A stretch of 63,405 nucleotides of DNA, counting the filler, from Dugesia japonica (Eukaryota): NCBI GenBank assembly GCA_001938525.1. It is 6 parts of 6 records of this genome, joined end to end, with 100 filler letters (N's around TTAATTAATTAA, not from the genome) between each part and the next. Parts side by side here need not be neighbours in the genome. Positions count along the whole stretch, not along the records: positions 1 to 12,260 come from MQRL01599703.1; 5 more parts are not named here. The stretch is one strand, 5' to 3'. Position 1 is the stretch's first letter. Each line of letters opens with the position of its first letter. The position numbers and the translations under genes were made by a program. This document shows, one piece after another, positions 1-12,360 of the stretch. The notes below the pieces were generated by a model. That model saw only the letters and a list, made by a program, of their open reading frames with translations, searched no databases and was not told where the DNA came from.

Positions 1-544
1 AGGCACTCCTTCATCTCTACTCTTTTCTCAATGTATATTTATAAGAGGGAAGGTACTCTCTCAGAGCTATAGCTTATTTTATATTCTCTGCAAATATCAC
101 CTTTCTATTTACCATCTTTAATTCTACATGTTTCTCCTTTAATATAGCCCAATACAATTCTGCAGTCAATTCAAAATATTTGATAATGTGACATGTTATA
201 TTTACATTGTTTATTACTAATTTATTATTTTGAGCAGAGGTATCAAAACAATATATTGGATACAACTTACTTCATTGTGTAATATTTAATTGAGGATGAT
301 TCATAAAAGCTAAACATGATATGGAATCATGTTACTATTATTTTGTAGTTCAAATTCCATTCGATTAATTGGATAATTTGAATTATTTAATTGTATTTGT
401 ATAGTTTTTAAATAGTAGGTTTTATCTAAAACTTTTTCTTTGTTTTGTCTGCTTGTTTTACTTCCTTTGTTGTATAATATCCTTGAATAAATAGATTATT
501 GTTATTTGTATATAGATTATTACTAGTCTTTAATCCAGATATTA

Positions 545-3146
545 TAAATCTTGGTTTATATAAGGAAATAAGTATTATATAATAATTTCAGCTAATATAA
601 AGTGATCAAATTCCATTTTAAAATGTAATCAATTCTTTTTCAAATGTAATTATTTTACTAAGCTTGTGTTGTAGTAGTAAAATCAACGATTTTCAAAATT
701 CGATTAACTACAGGCGTGTAAATGAAGAGGTTAAAGTTTATTTTAAAANTGTAAAAGATTTAGTAAAAAGATTATTTACAAATAAAGATTTTACTGAGGA
801 AAAAATGGTAGCAAAGATGCTAGCATACTGTTCAGATAACAAAAAAGTTGAAGAAGTGACTTTGCGGAAAGGACAGTATATAGAAGAAATTTAAGAAGCA
901 ATGACGTTAGTAGATCGAGTAGAGAAAAACCGAGATCAAGTTTATGCAATTACCTGTTACGCAAAAGTTACAAGTCAAAATTATGAGAAACCTGTAAATC
1001 ATACTGTGAATAAACATGTGGATCAAAGAAAGGAAAAAAATATCGAATGCTGATATGTCATAAGATCGGTAATACTAATGCAAATTGTCCGACCAAAAAA
1101 GTGATTGGACTCGTCATAAAACAGACATATAAGTCAAGATTTTCAAAATAAAAAACCAACAAAATGTTTTGGTTGAGAAAAGTTTGGCAATATTAAAAGG
1201 TTATGTCAATAAGTGAGGTGTAAACAATGTGGTAATGGTAGACATAGAGCAGAAGAGTGCTATACAAATTTGAAAATGAAAAGATCAAATGAGAAATTTA
1301 TGACTGTAGAAAGATTAAGAAACCGATACAATCGAGTACACGTGATTGAAAATGAGGATGCCAATACAAACTATGGATATGTGGAAGTATATGAAAGTGA
1401 TTCTGAAAGGCAGTACCCTTGACTCCATCAGTAAAGGAGTTGGTTGGAGCCTTCCATTGTTAAATGAAATGAGTAATTATCCTCAAAGGATCGAAAAGTC
1501 TGATGATAGCGGGGAAGTTACAGAAAAATTTTACAGGTTCCTAAAGAGGAAAAACATTCGTACCATAAATTGCAAGGCAGACCAAGTGTTACGGTATCAA
1601 TTCAAGGAAATAAAGATGAATGTCTATTAGGTATAGAGACTAGAATTAACGTTATGAGTTTGAGAAAATAATAGTACGCTGGACATTGTTGGGAAAGTTA
1701 GAATTGGAGTGATAATTGATGAAGTTTGCAAAGAGATTACTTTNTTAGTTGCTGAAAGAGTGACACCAGATCTGATAGGATGCTGATAATTTTGATAAAC
1801 CAACTTATGCAAAATGTCGATAGCAAAACGGATAAAAAAAGTCGAAATTAACATTTGCAATATTGAATCAAAATTTGGGAGACAAATTAAAAAGGGAGAA
1901 CGATTTACAAGAGCCTTAAATACTTTAAAGGTTAAAGACAATTAACGGTTATTAAAAGTAATTGGAAGTAAAGAAGATGCTTTTGTGGCAGATAAATTGT
2001 ATGTAGAACGCACTGATCGGACAAGTTACAAAATCATCACAAGTGATAAACTAATCAATGTAAAACCGTACAGGCAACCAATGAGTTTAGAATCTAAAAT
2101 TGAAGAAGCTATCTAAAACCTTCTCGAAAATAATATTATCCGGAAATGCAACATTGCGTGGAATACCCCACTGGTTTGTGTTTGATAAAAAGAATAGAAG
2201 GACATAAGAATATGTTTGGATTTCAGACAACGTTATGAGTTTTGATTAATCAACGTTATGGATTTCAGGCGATTGAATGNNNNNNNNNNNNNNNNNNNNN
2301 NNNNNNNNNNNNNNNNNNNNNNNNNNNNNNNNNNNNNNNNNNNNNNNNNNNNNNNNNNNNNNNNNNNNNNNNNNNNNNNNNNNNNNNNNNNNNNNNNNNN
2401 NNNNNNNNNNNNNNNNNNNNNNNNNNNNNNNNNNNNNNNNNNNNNNNNTGGCATCGCAGCGGCACCAAGGACATTTCAGGAGATGATGACCAAAGTGGTA
2501 GGCGGAATCAATGGAAGAATGGTTTATCTTGATGACATTCTGATATTTACGAACAATAAAGATCAACACTATGAAGTCATTGAAAAAGTATTGACGGAAA
2601 TAATGAAGGCTGGTCTAAGAATTGATCTGGAAAAGTTTCAGTTTTTTCAATTCGAAATCAAATTTCTTGGGCACATAATTACTAGAAACGGTGTCAGAAC
2701 TGATCCGTCTAAAATACAAGCAATAGGAATATTTGGCAAAACTAACTGTGTGAAGAAGTTATTAAGTTTCTTAGGAATATGTAATTATTACAGAAAGTTT
2801 ATAGAAAACTACGCAAGGAAATCAAGGATCTTAGAACAGTTGTGTAGCAGACCAAGCAACAAGAAAGAAGAAAAACAAGGAGGTATGTGGTACAAGGAGA
2901 AATTGGACAGCGATTGAAAAGAAATGTGGAAAACTTAGAAGTTACCTAAAAAGGGGGATATAAGGAAATAATTATTATATAATAGTTTTAGCCAATAGAA
3001 AGTGATCAAATTTCATTTTAAAATGTAATCAGTTCCATTTCAATTATAATTATCTTACTAAGCTTGTGTTGTAGTAGTGAAATAAATGTCTAAAAATATT
3101 AATTGTGATTTGCAAAATGAATTAACAATTGAAGATTTACTTAACA
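545..3146 (+). mobile_element. Internally deleted Ty3/Gypsy LTR retrotransposon (partial 5' LTR, gag, protease remnant, RT, PPT, 3' LTR; no RNase H or integrase)
   Basis: Zinc knuckle CKQCGNGRHRAEEC (1213-1260); RT motifs FGIAAAPRTFQ, VYLDDILIF, FLGHII, FLGICNYYRKFI (2449-2830). Purine tract ~2860-2885 is followed by TGT. Direct repeat between 560-683 and 2958-3083. Confidence 0.93.
2886..3146 (+). repeat. 3' LTR (~261 bp, TG...CA) of the Gypsy element
   Basis: Starts TGTGG right after the polypurine tract and ends TTAACA. Homologous to 560-683 and to the LTRs at ~42767-42960 and ~61246-61430 (minus strand). Confidence 0.85.
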
Positions 3147-4179
3147 GTTTATTAGCTACATTTCCTAATTTGAGAGAATAACTAGTTCCTGCTGAAATTG
3201 AATTCTTTCCAACATCTCGCTCTAAAACCGTAATTTGAATTGGTTTTGTTTTGAAGCTAATAACAAAACTTCTTTTGAAGCGAATAACCAAACTTTATTA
3301 AAATTCATTTTCTTTATTATAATAATATAATGTATCATAGATTAACTAAAATCAATTCTTTTCAATTCAATTTTATTTCTAACGTTTCTTGTTTTCATTC
3401 CATTTAAACATCAAACAGAAAGTAAAAAAGAAGGATATATATAATTATATTTATTTATTTTTTATATATTTATTTATTTTATATATACATATTATTTATT
3501 TCTAGGTGACAACAGGTTTATTGGTTGCGATTCTTTCTAAATAATTTAATTCTGCTTTTGGGTTTAAAGTATATCTGGAATATGGAGTTCAAGAGTTTTT
3601 ATTTCTATTGTCGCTTCATGATTTGTTTTACCAAAGAATATTATTTCATCTCGTTTATTTCTATTACAATCCAACTGAATAAAAACATTAAATAGTAGTC
3701 TATTATAAGCCAAACAAATTTCTTTTTGAATAATAACCTTCATATTTAGAAGCATAAAATTCCTTTCTTCTTTTGAAGCTTGTATCATCTACTGTTCCTA
3801 AATCATGATCAGGAATTCATCCATATCATTTTCAATCAACCAANNNNNNNNNNNNNNNNNNNNNNNNNNNNCTTCTGTAGTATATTTTATTTCAATCTTG
3901 TAATACAACATACTTTTTCCAGTATCCAATGGATTAGTACATTGTAATGATTGGAATTGTATTTCTCTTGGGTTGCTTAAATTTACCATTGAACCACTAG
4001 TAGGACTAATTTTCAATAGATCATTTTTATTTTGATGGTGAAGAAATTTACTATTCACATCTAACTCCATTTTCTATGGTAGTAATATAAGGGTACTATT
4101 ATAACAATGGTAATCATAAGGGTTATTTTATAAAAGTCTTTCCACCAAGATTCATGTTTATATTTATTAATTAATTTAA

Positions 4180-5215
4180 CCATTATTCAATTCCATTTAA
4201 CAAGTTCCTTTGTACTCAACTCGATCATTTTCTGTAGTAATAATATTTCAATATTTAATTATTTTTCTTCGCTTGTCCATTGTCCCTTTTAAAATCTCCT
4301 TTGTATGGATCTTGTTGTTTTAATCTAGTTTCTTTTAATCTTTTCTTCATCATATTCTTTAACTGTTTTTAATTCAGACTCTAACACATCTTTTTCAACT
4401 TCTAAATCATGTATTGTTTCTCCGGCAATTTCAACAGCCTTTTCCATGGTTCTATATTTTATATACGTATTCACATTATTCTAGAAGAGAAGAATTATTA
4501 ATTGTCATTTTATCTTTTCTAAAGTCTTGGGTAAACTCTTTATTATTTTTTACTACTTCAATAATACTATCAATTTTTTATATACATAATATGAATAAAG
4601 TGAGATTCTTACTAATCTACTATACTTACTTCCTTATTAAACCCAGTGAAGCGAGATTCATTCCAATCTACTTCTTCTTTATAGAATCCTTACTTTTCCT
4701 CATTATATTACTAATTTCATCATCTTCAGATTCTTCTCCTGCAGCACTTAAATTTGGTATAGGTTTATTTACATTTGAATTTCCAATAGAATTCTTGAGT
4801 AATTCTCAATAATTATTAGATTTTACATCTGGATGTTGTAAAGGATCTTTTAAAACACTAATTAAATTTTTCCTGTGAACTGATATTAATTCTTATAATT
4901 TCGCTTCTTTATTTTTTCTAGGTTCATGGGTTAATATAAAAACCCTTTTTTTCTTGTTCAAAGATGTAATCTCCCTTGTTAAATTTTCATAACAATCTTT
5001 ATCTATATTAAACATTTATCTTTGTACAAATTTCTTTTTGGATTTCTTTTTCAATTTGTTTTTTCACAAAACTTCATTAAGTCTTCTTGTATTAATATTT
5101 ATATTATCTGCTACATCTTTATCTGTTATTGAAAGGTTTTCTAGTTTCATTGTCTTGTATGTATCTATAATTTTACTTTAAATCTCTTGTTCAAGATCAT
5201 TCCTTTTCTAAAGAT
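4180..5215 (-). pseudogene. Decayed K/E-rich ORF(s) of the Polinton upstream of the MCP, function unknown
   Basis: Strong T/C skew on the plus strand, co-oriented with the MCP and lying between it and the AGTAGT end. Broken K/E-rich minus-strand frames. Confidence 0.4.
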
Positions 5216-5530
5216 AAATTATAAACTTCCTCTTAGCTCCTCTTAGCTCCTCTTAGACTCCATTTAGCTTTTAAAAACGATATATATTACAAGATTGGAT
5301 AACAACAGTTCTATATGGATATAAGCAATTAAACAATAACCAATAATCCATTATGCAATAAACCATTATGTAATAAGCAATAACTAATAAAGCAATAAGC
5401 AATCAACCATTAAACGATAAACAATAAAACTTTTTTATTTTTAACAAATATTAAATATTTAATATTAATTCATCAAATTTAAATTTATAAACGATCAACG
5501 ATCATCGATCATTTTTATTATATCTCCTAG

Positions 5531-5641
5531 AGTAGTAGTATAAATGAAGGGAGAGGTCTCTCTCTTCTTCGCTTTCCTATTCTACAAGGAAGTCTTGTAG
5601 AATAGGGGGAGGGGGCCTTTCCCCTCATTTATACTACTACT
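5531..5641. repeat. 111-bp imperfect palindrome with AGTAGTAGT...ACTACTACT ends; probable Polinton terminus
   Basis: Outer arms AGTAGTAGTATAAATGA / TCATTTATACTACTACT and inner arms CCTATTCTACAAG / CTTGTAGAATAGG are exact reverse complements. Confidence 0.8.
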
Positions 5642-6159
5642 AGCAATATAGCATTATAACATGAAATCAATAAAAAAAATTAAAAAATAACTATTCAAAT
5701 GCTTAATATTAGTTTATGATAATAGTTATTACGAAATAATTTAAAAGTAAGTCGGTGTAATCTACAAATAATTAATTCTATATTAAAATGAAAATATAAT
5801 TGATAATCACAAAATTACATTGGAACAAGATATCTTACACTGCTGTCATAACAAGAAATGATAAATAGTAAAAGATCGATTATTACCATCTTCGTAATTA
5901 TTTCTAATTCTAATCTCCGATAGCTCTTCATTCCTTCTTATATGTAATCAACCCTTTAGTTTAATAATTATCATATTTAGTTTCTCCTAACTTAACAATT
6001 TATAACACACTGAAATTTGTTTAATATTCACTACTTAAAACTGTTAGTAGTCTACCAACATGATTATCTGTTGGAACTTATTTAATCGCTGCATTCTTCG
6101 ATAGTTAAGATATGCTCTCCAAGTAAGACACCGTCTTTGTTCATTTATACCACAGCTTA

Positions 6160-6510
6160 TACTAATTGATAAAACATCCCTCGATAATCAGTAAAATATC
6201 ATTCATTAATTGATAAACCATCTTGTAACAAGCATTCTCAGCAATTTGTAAACCATTTTCCAAAAATCTTTCGACAAGTTGTAAAACATCGTTCGTCTTG
6301 GATCAATCCATAAAACCCATTTCATCAATTTAAAAACGACTTTTAATAACTTGAAAACATCTCTCCGCAATTTGTGAAACACATTTCAACAATATTTCAA
6401 GTATTTTTCAACAATCTGTAAAATATCTTTCAACAATTTAAAAAGTCCTTTTCAACCATTTGTAAAATATATGTTTCACCAATCTGTAAAACATCCTTTC
6501 ATCAATTGGC
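6160..6510. repeat. Degenerate ~21-bp tandem array (consensus ~TTGTAAAACATCTTTCAACAA)
   Basis: Repeated tgtaaaaca / ttcaacaat / ttgataaa units visible through the interval. Confidence 0.7.
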
Positions 6511-7859
6511 ATATGTGGATAATCTTGTGGAAAGTCACACAAAAATTAAATTTTCACAAAAAGATGAAAAATTACTTTAATATTATATTGATTTCTACTT
6601 GGAAAATAAGTAAACAATCGTTGCAATAATCAAAAATTTCAACTAGTAATTTACGCTTTTAATTTCAAAATTTTTGTGAAGTTCTGCTGTGATTTTCTAT
6701 TTGTTATATTTGCTTTAATATCAGTATTTTGTTCGTCTCTTTTGACATTTCACTGTAGGTTTTGTGCTTTTGTTGAAAGATTTTGTATTTCCATCTCAAT
6801 GATTTTTTACATGTAAGACGAGTGGGTTTTTTCCACCATTTTCTTTCTCTCACAGAGTTTTACTTTTAAAAATTCTTGTTGTTATATGGTTGGTTATACG
6901 TATCACTGGTTATACGTTACTCAAATTTGTAACTATTGTTGATATAACAATAGATTTGAACATAATTTACAATGACTGCTGCTCAAAATGTAGCTTTAAC
7001 TTCAAAGTTATGTTATGACCGGTTAATTATATAAAGCATTCATAACAATAGATATTTTTCTTAATATTTTTTTTACCGGTTAACATAAATTTTGAAACTT
7101 CAAACTTTTGTGCGTTTAACTGACACAATAAGTTTCAAAATTTATAAATAAAAAATTATATTTATTTAAAAATAACAAACCGCATTTGAGGACATTCTTA
7201 ATTTTTATTAATAAAATTACAATACAAAATAAATTTACAAATATTTACTGTTATAAATACACATTTACTATTCTTTCTATTTTATCAAAAATAGTAATTC
7301 TTGTCTCAATAATAATACTTTTACAAATAACATTTACAAACAACATTGAAAACTAACATTATTTAAAACTAATATTTATACTAGTTTTACAAATTATTTT
7401 ACAAATTATATTTACCTTATCTTTTAGCAAACTATTTCTACTTAATATCCATAATATTTCCTGTCTTTTACATACAAAATTTTATTGATTTTTTTTTCTA
7501 CGAATATTATTTTAATTTCATTTTTCATTTATCATAGATCTACTTTTATTTATATCTGTACATAATAATCTTTTTACATAATAACTTTATTTGTAAATAC
7601 TAATATTTTGGCTTGGTCCAGCATTTCTCATTTGATATTTTTGTGTTAATTCACTCGATTTCGTTGTTTAATATAATTACTTCTGCTCTAATTTATTGTT
7701 TAATTATTTCCTTTGTCTCCCGAAATTATCAATTTCTGATTTATTATTTTATTTTTATTAATGCCGTAATTTCTTCAAATATTAATTTTATTACTCGGTT
7801 ATTCATTTCTTGAATTCTCCTGATTTCTTATTTAAATCGGTAGCTGTTCCGGCCCAACA
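6160..7859 (-). mobile_element. Probable 5' part of a large TGTTGGG-family LTR
   Basis: The minus strand begins TGTTGGGCCGGAACAG at 7859, like the starts at 15190, 35792 and 43957. It is followed by an A-rich tract and a tandem array. The distal end was not found. Confidence 0.45.
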
Positions 7860-8667
7860 CACCAAAATATTTTATAAAAATTAAACTTAAAATTTAAGTA
7901 AGCCTTATGCAATAATAATCTTTACATAATAACTTTATTTGTAAATACTAATATTTTGGCTTGGTTTAGCATTTCTCATTTAATATTTTTTAATAAATGA
8001 CGACTACCTTATTACGTGCAAGCTTATTCTTGCACTAGTACATATTTTAATATAAATATATTATGTATCTGTAAGTACAAATNATTGTAAATTTGTTATT
8101 TCGATTACTTCTTATAAATGCGATATTTGATATGTAATGATGATACAGTAATTGATTAGAATCCTGATATCAATGATGAAACTCATATTTCCAGTGAACA
8201 TGTTTTATATTTTATCCATGTATAATCAAGTGACATTATACAAACATTTATGAATCAAAACCAAAGGGCGATGTAAATCCAACCACTAAATAATGCCTAC
8301 GAACATAATTAAATTCTAAATTGTGAAATTTGGTTGGAAGTAAATGTTTTTGACAAAAATATTAAAAAACTTTCTTTAGTATAAGTCATTGTCAACATGT
8401 TCAGAGTTCTTTGGAATTCAGTCGAGCTTTTAGAGTTATTTCTATTTAATTGGTGAATTATATCTATTTCATATTTCATTACTATCTGTGAAATGTAATT
8501 TTATTTTTATGAATATTATTGAGTGTGTGTGAATAAGTAAGAGTATTAAACTAAAAAGTTTGAAAATAACAACTCTAATTTGATAGAATGAATAAATTAA
8601 AAAAAGTATAAATTTATTTTTAACTGATATTACTAAAAATTAATAGGTAGAATGTATTTGTCTAAAT

Positions 8668-8762
8668 TTAACAAGCCACTTTTTTCATTCTAACTTGACA
8701 ATTGCTGCTTGTATCAACAGATGATAAAGGATTAGAAGTAATATGAGAATCTTGAAAAATCA

Positions 8763-8793
<31 letters not shown>

Positions 8794-9671
8794 TGATTGC
8801 ATAGGATGGATATTTAGAGGCTGTACTTTAGTTGCTGGTGGCAAGTGATAAATTGGACTGGATGGACGAATAGCAAAATCATACGGTAAATTATTAAAAG
8901 CCTTATTTAATGATTGACTTGGTTGATTTCGACTATCTTCTGCATCTAAATTCCGGTTATATTCGCCAATTGATGCTACCGGATACGTAATTGGCGAAGA
9001 CCCATTTGATGAATCATCAATTTTGGATTTAGGAGTACAGGGAAAACAACTTTTTATGTTCATTTTTATGATTTCCTGAGCTTCATTACAAATACTTGTC
9101 TAAAGGTTTAGTATATTATTAAAATATTATTGTTTCTATTTACTTTTTTAATTCTTGCTTTTTGCCATGCTTTATAAAATAATTCAAAAACCGCCACAAG
9201 TAAACCGATAGCTATTCCACAAAATAACATAACAAAGACTCCTCCAACTTCTTTTATTCCAAGTGAGCTTGTTGAAGCAGATTTCTCTGGTGGGTCGCAT
9301 GGTTTCGTGATATTATATTGACGCCAAAAATACCGACGCAGTTTTTCAATTTCTTGAGACTTTTGTAGTTTAAGAATAGATTCGGAAATAGCATCACGAT
9401 AACGAGAACCTTCAAAAAATGTATATCATAAATTATTTAAAAATTAACCTTCCGGTAAGCCAATTCCATATCCTTTAGAATCTAATAAACCACCAATTCG
9501 CATTAAATCACAATCCCTTTGTGTATAATATTCATTCGTCGTAGATTCCAAAATAAATGCATAATCTGAATTTTTAACTCGTTCAATTCCTTCTTTATTA
9601 CCTTTCACATAGACCGAAGGATTTCTATTCATGTATTTATACATGTTTTTATATGTAGCAAGCTCAGATTT
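8668..9671 (-). CDS. Ionotropic glutamate receptor (kainate/AMPA-type), last three exons: 9671-9449, 9409-9144, 9099-8668
   Basis: S2 domain [49 protein letters not shown]|[15 protein letters not shown] and M4 helix [35 protein letters not shown] introns 9410-9448 and 9100-9143 keep the frame to the stop at 8668 (C-terminus MKKVAC). Confidence 0.95.
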
Positions 9672-10566
9672 CTAAAATATAAATTAAAAATGAAATAGAT
9701 CCAAGTGCATCTGAACAAAGATCTTCCCCAGTCAAGGTCAAATGAAATGCAGCCAAGGTAATTTCCATGGCAAAAATTAATAGGTCAATGTCAATTGTTT
9801 TTGTTTTAATTTTTAAAATTTAAAATTTTTTTTAAACTTATTAATTTAACATTTTTGAAAGTTTTTAAAGGTTATGGTGACAAATTTGTTATTGTTAGAT
9901 TATAATGTGTTTAATAATAAAAAAAACTATAATAAAGAAGATTGGTCAATAGCACTGGGTTATATAGGGTGATTCAACTCGATGAGTAATGCCTGATAAG
10001 TTATTCAGATTAGTCATAGGTATGATGGATCATTGTAAAAAATTATTAAATGTTAACATGCATTTTCAAGTTTTTAAAGATCACTGTGTGTAATTTTGAT
10101 CCAATCAACACAAAACATTAATATCATTAGATGCAGAATGAAAGACAAACAAAATGGTTTAATTAAAATTTAGTCGAGCAAGTAGATAAAAAGTTATTTA
10201 AGATTAAAAATTAAAAAGATAAGCCGCAATATTGAAACTTACAGCTTTGAATTCTGTATCATTCGATAGAAAATTGAAAACTACCCACGTAAGGTAGTAT
10301 ATCAACACAATTTATACTATCATAGTACAACAAATAACTTACCCCTAGTCAATATCTTTGATTTTAGATATGGAATAAAAAATAAGATTGAATTGTTTCA
10401 TAAACTTGTATCGTAAAATCCTTAATTTCCAATGAAAATTTCAGTTAAAGAAATATAATTTTTTCAGGCCAGGTTCAAGTAGAAACATTTAAACTCAACA
10501 AATAGGGTATCTGTGATTGACTGAAATGTATCTTTAGAATTCTAAAATAATGTAAAGTTAAAAATG

Positions 10567-11012
10567 GTTACACGTCAAAACCGCACAACAATAACAGCGC
10601 AGAGCAATAAAAAATTTTGGTCAATTTAAGAATAATTTCAGTAATTTTAGTAAAAAATTTCCTTGGGTTGATATTGGTAAGAAAATTTTGACGGAAATTT
10701 GGGGGGAAGCCGATTTTGTTTAAATATTTAAATTTTTTAAAAATTAATTAAAATTTTCATGAGAATCCGGGTGAACATCTCAAAATTTGAAAATTTTAGA
10801 AAAAAAGTTTTATCGAGATTTTTACTTTAATCGATTAAGAATTCAATAGAGATCATTCTTCAAAAAATAAAAATTTATCAACCAAATTTGACAATCCCAA
10901 GGAAATTTCTAACCAAAATTGTTGAAATTAATCTATAATTGACCAAAATTTGTATTGCTCTGCGCTGTTGTGTTGTGCGCGAATTTTACTTCGCAGTTTT
11001 GACGTGACACGG
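10567..11012. mobile_element. MITE with ~100-bp terminal inverted repeats, in the iGluR intron
   Basis: cacgtcaaaa...cagcgcagagcaata...ttggtcaatt...tttccttggg is mirrored by cccaaggaaa...aattgaccaa...tattgctctgcgctg...ttttgacgtg. Confidence 0.8.
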
Positions 11013-11374
11013 TTAAAAGGTTACTGAATTTTTAAAATGATGACAGACACCATTTTGAAATATAAGATACCTATAAGCTACCTAAAGGACGACTATCGCA
11101 TAGTACTTCGTTTGCACATAGTTTTCAAAACAGAAAATAAAGAAATCTGTTTTTTTGAATTTTTTTTACTTAATTTTTTTTAAATCACTTTTTTTGTATG
11201 AAACGTTTTTTATACTTTTTATGGAACTTATATTTTTAGCTTAAATATGAATCAAGTCATTCTCCGGTAGACTTTAATCACAAAACTGTGTATATATCCT
11301 CATTACTTTATCTAAATAAACTCCTGTTATATATTTCATTATGTCCAGTATGTTTCTGGTGGACAAGACGATAG

Positions 11375-11560
11375 AAACCCTAGAAAAATCCTATAATTCC
11401 TTACAACTTTGTATAAAACTATATTAAACCCTATAAATTACTAAAGAAACACTATAAAACCCTATATTACCTTATAAAGACTAGATAAATCCCAAAAGGC
11501 ACTTAAAACCTTATGGACCATTTACAAGCCAACAAAATCTAATAAACACTATAAAACGAT
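11375..11560. repeat. Degenerate CCCTATAA(A)-type short-period repeat
   Basis: Recurrent ccctataa / actataaa units; the reverse-complement family occurs at 12361-12560 and 38600-39130. Confidence 0.55.
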
Positions 11561-11799
11561 TAAATCATGCACGTGTCAACAAACCAATGAATTCTAAATA
11601 ATTATGCATAAATAAATAATTCTTCTGAATAGAATAATAATTACAAAATAGGATGATTCTATGATTCCATGCTATAAGTTAACTGGAAATTTTAATTTTT
11701 CAAAATACTACAACTCTAATACTGAGAGATTCTTAGCGACTGAAAATTAGGAAAATTCATTCACTTAAATAGCATTTGGATATATTTTTGGTAACTTTA

Positions 11800-12260
11800 T
11801 GTTCCGAAATTTGGGATTTCTGATTTATTTTGCTGTACGATAGTCCGTTTGGATGTTCATTTATTATTCACACATTATTTAAAAGAGTCACGAGCTCTTC
11901 CAAGGAATTAGAAAAAACTAAGATATCATCCACATAAAACAAGGCTTTGACACCATTTATCCCGATTAATACTTTATTCATAAGTTTTTGAAACTGTCCT
12001 TGAGCAGCAGCAATACCAAATAGAATTCTTGTAAAACAAAATTGTCATAATTTTGCTGAAAATGCTGTCTTTTCTTGTGATTTTTCATCCAATTCCACTG
12101 GATAATAAGCATTTCCAAGATGAATTGAACTAAAATAACGTGCATCGTGTAAAGTATCCAATACTTCTTCCACATTTGGTATCGGTAAAGCTTGTCTAAC
12201 AGTTATTTTGTTTAGTTGTCTAAAATCTAAACACAATCTTATATCGTTTTTATCTTTCTT
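11800..12260 (-). mobile_element. Ty3/Gypsy reverse transcriptase fragment
   Basis: IRLCLDFRQLNKITVRQALPIPNVEEVLDTLHDARYFSSIHLGNAYY...KTAFS, FGIAAA and YVDDILVFS, with stops and frameshifts. Confidence 0.93.
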
Positions 12261-12304
12261 NNNNNNNNNNNNNNNNNNNNNNNNNNNNNNNNNNNNNNNN
12301 NNNN

Positions 12305-12316
12305 TTAATTAATTAA
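12305..12316. other. Artificial contig spacer TTAATTAATTAA inside an N run (also at 21257, 30842, 40298, 52998)
   Basis: The identical 12-mer, giving stops in all six frames, is centred in 100-nt N-padded blocks five times. Confidence 0.95.
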
Positions 12317-12360
12317 NNNNNNNNNNNNNNNNNNNNNNNNNNNNNNNNNNNNNNNNNNNN

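Larger units (their letters stand above)
74..4070 (-). pseudogene. Polinton/Maverick major capsid protein (double jelly-roll), decayed and split by a Gypsy insertion at ~545-3146
   Basis: N-terminal ISPTSGSMVNLSNPREIQF...SMLYYKIEI (3798-4070); middle DEIIFFG...IEIKTLELHIP (3564-3788) and KPIQITVLER...AGTSYSLKLG (3150-3290). Below the insertion it resumes with IQIQLNNSNYP..RM and YPIYCFDTSAQ (74-400). These match Polinton MCP motifs as I recall them; no search was run. Confidence 0.65.

Noticed and set aside
4414-4812. 132-aa hydrophobic ORF as a membrane protein
   Set aside because: Antisense shadow of a K/E-rich minus-strand Polinton frame. The same applies to 30214-30555, 32728-33009 and 16595-16828.
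7911-7990. Direct repeat of 7562-7640 as an LTR pair or TSD
   Set aside because: It lies on both sides of the 7859 terminus without TG...CA ends; more likely a local duplication or assembly artefact.
12261-12360. TTAATTAATTAA palindromes inside N runs as biological motifs, and synteny across them
   Set aside because: Identical six-frame-stop linkers mark artificial contig joins. For example, the capsid module (up to 30797) and the ATPase/integrase (from 30898) cannot be assumed to be one element.
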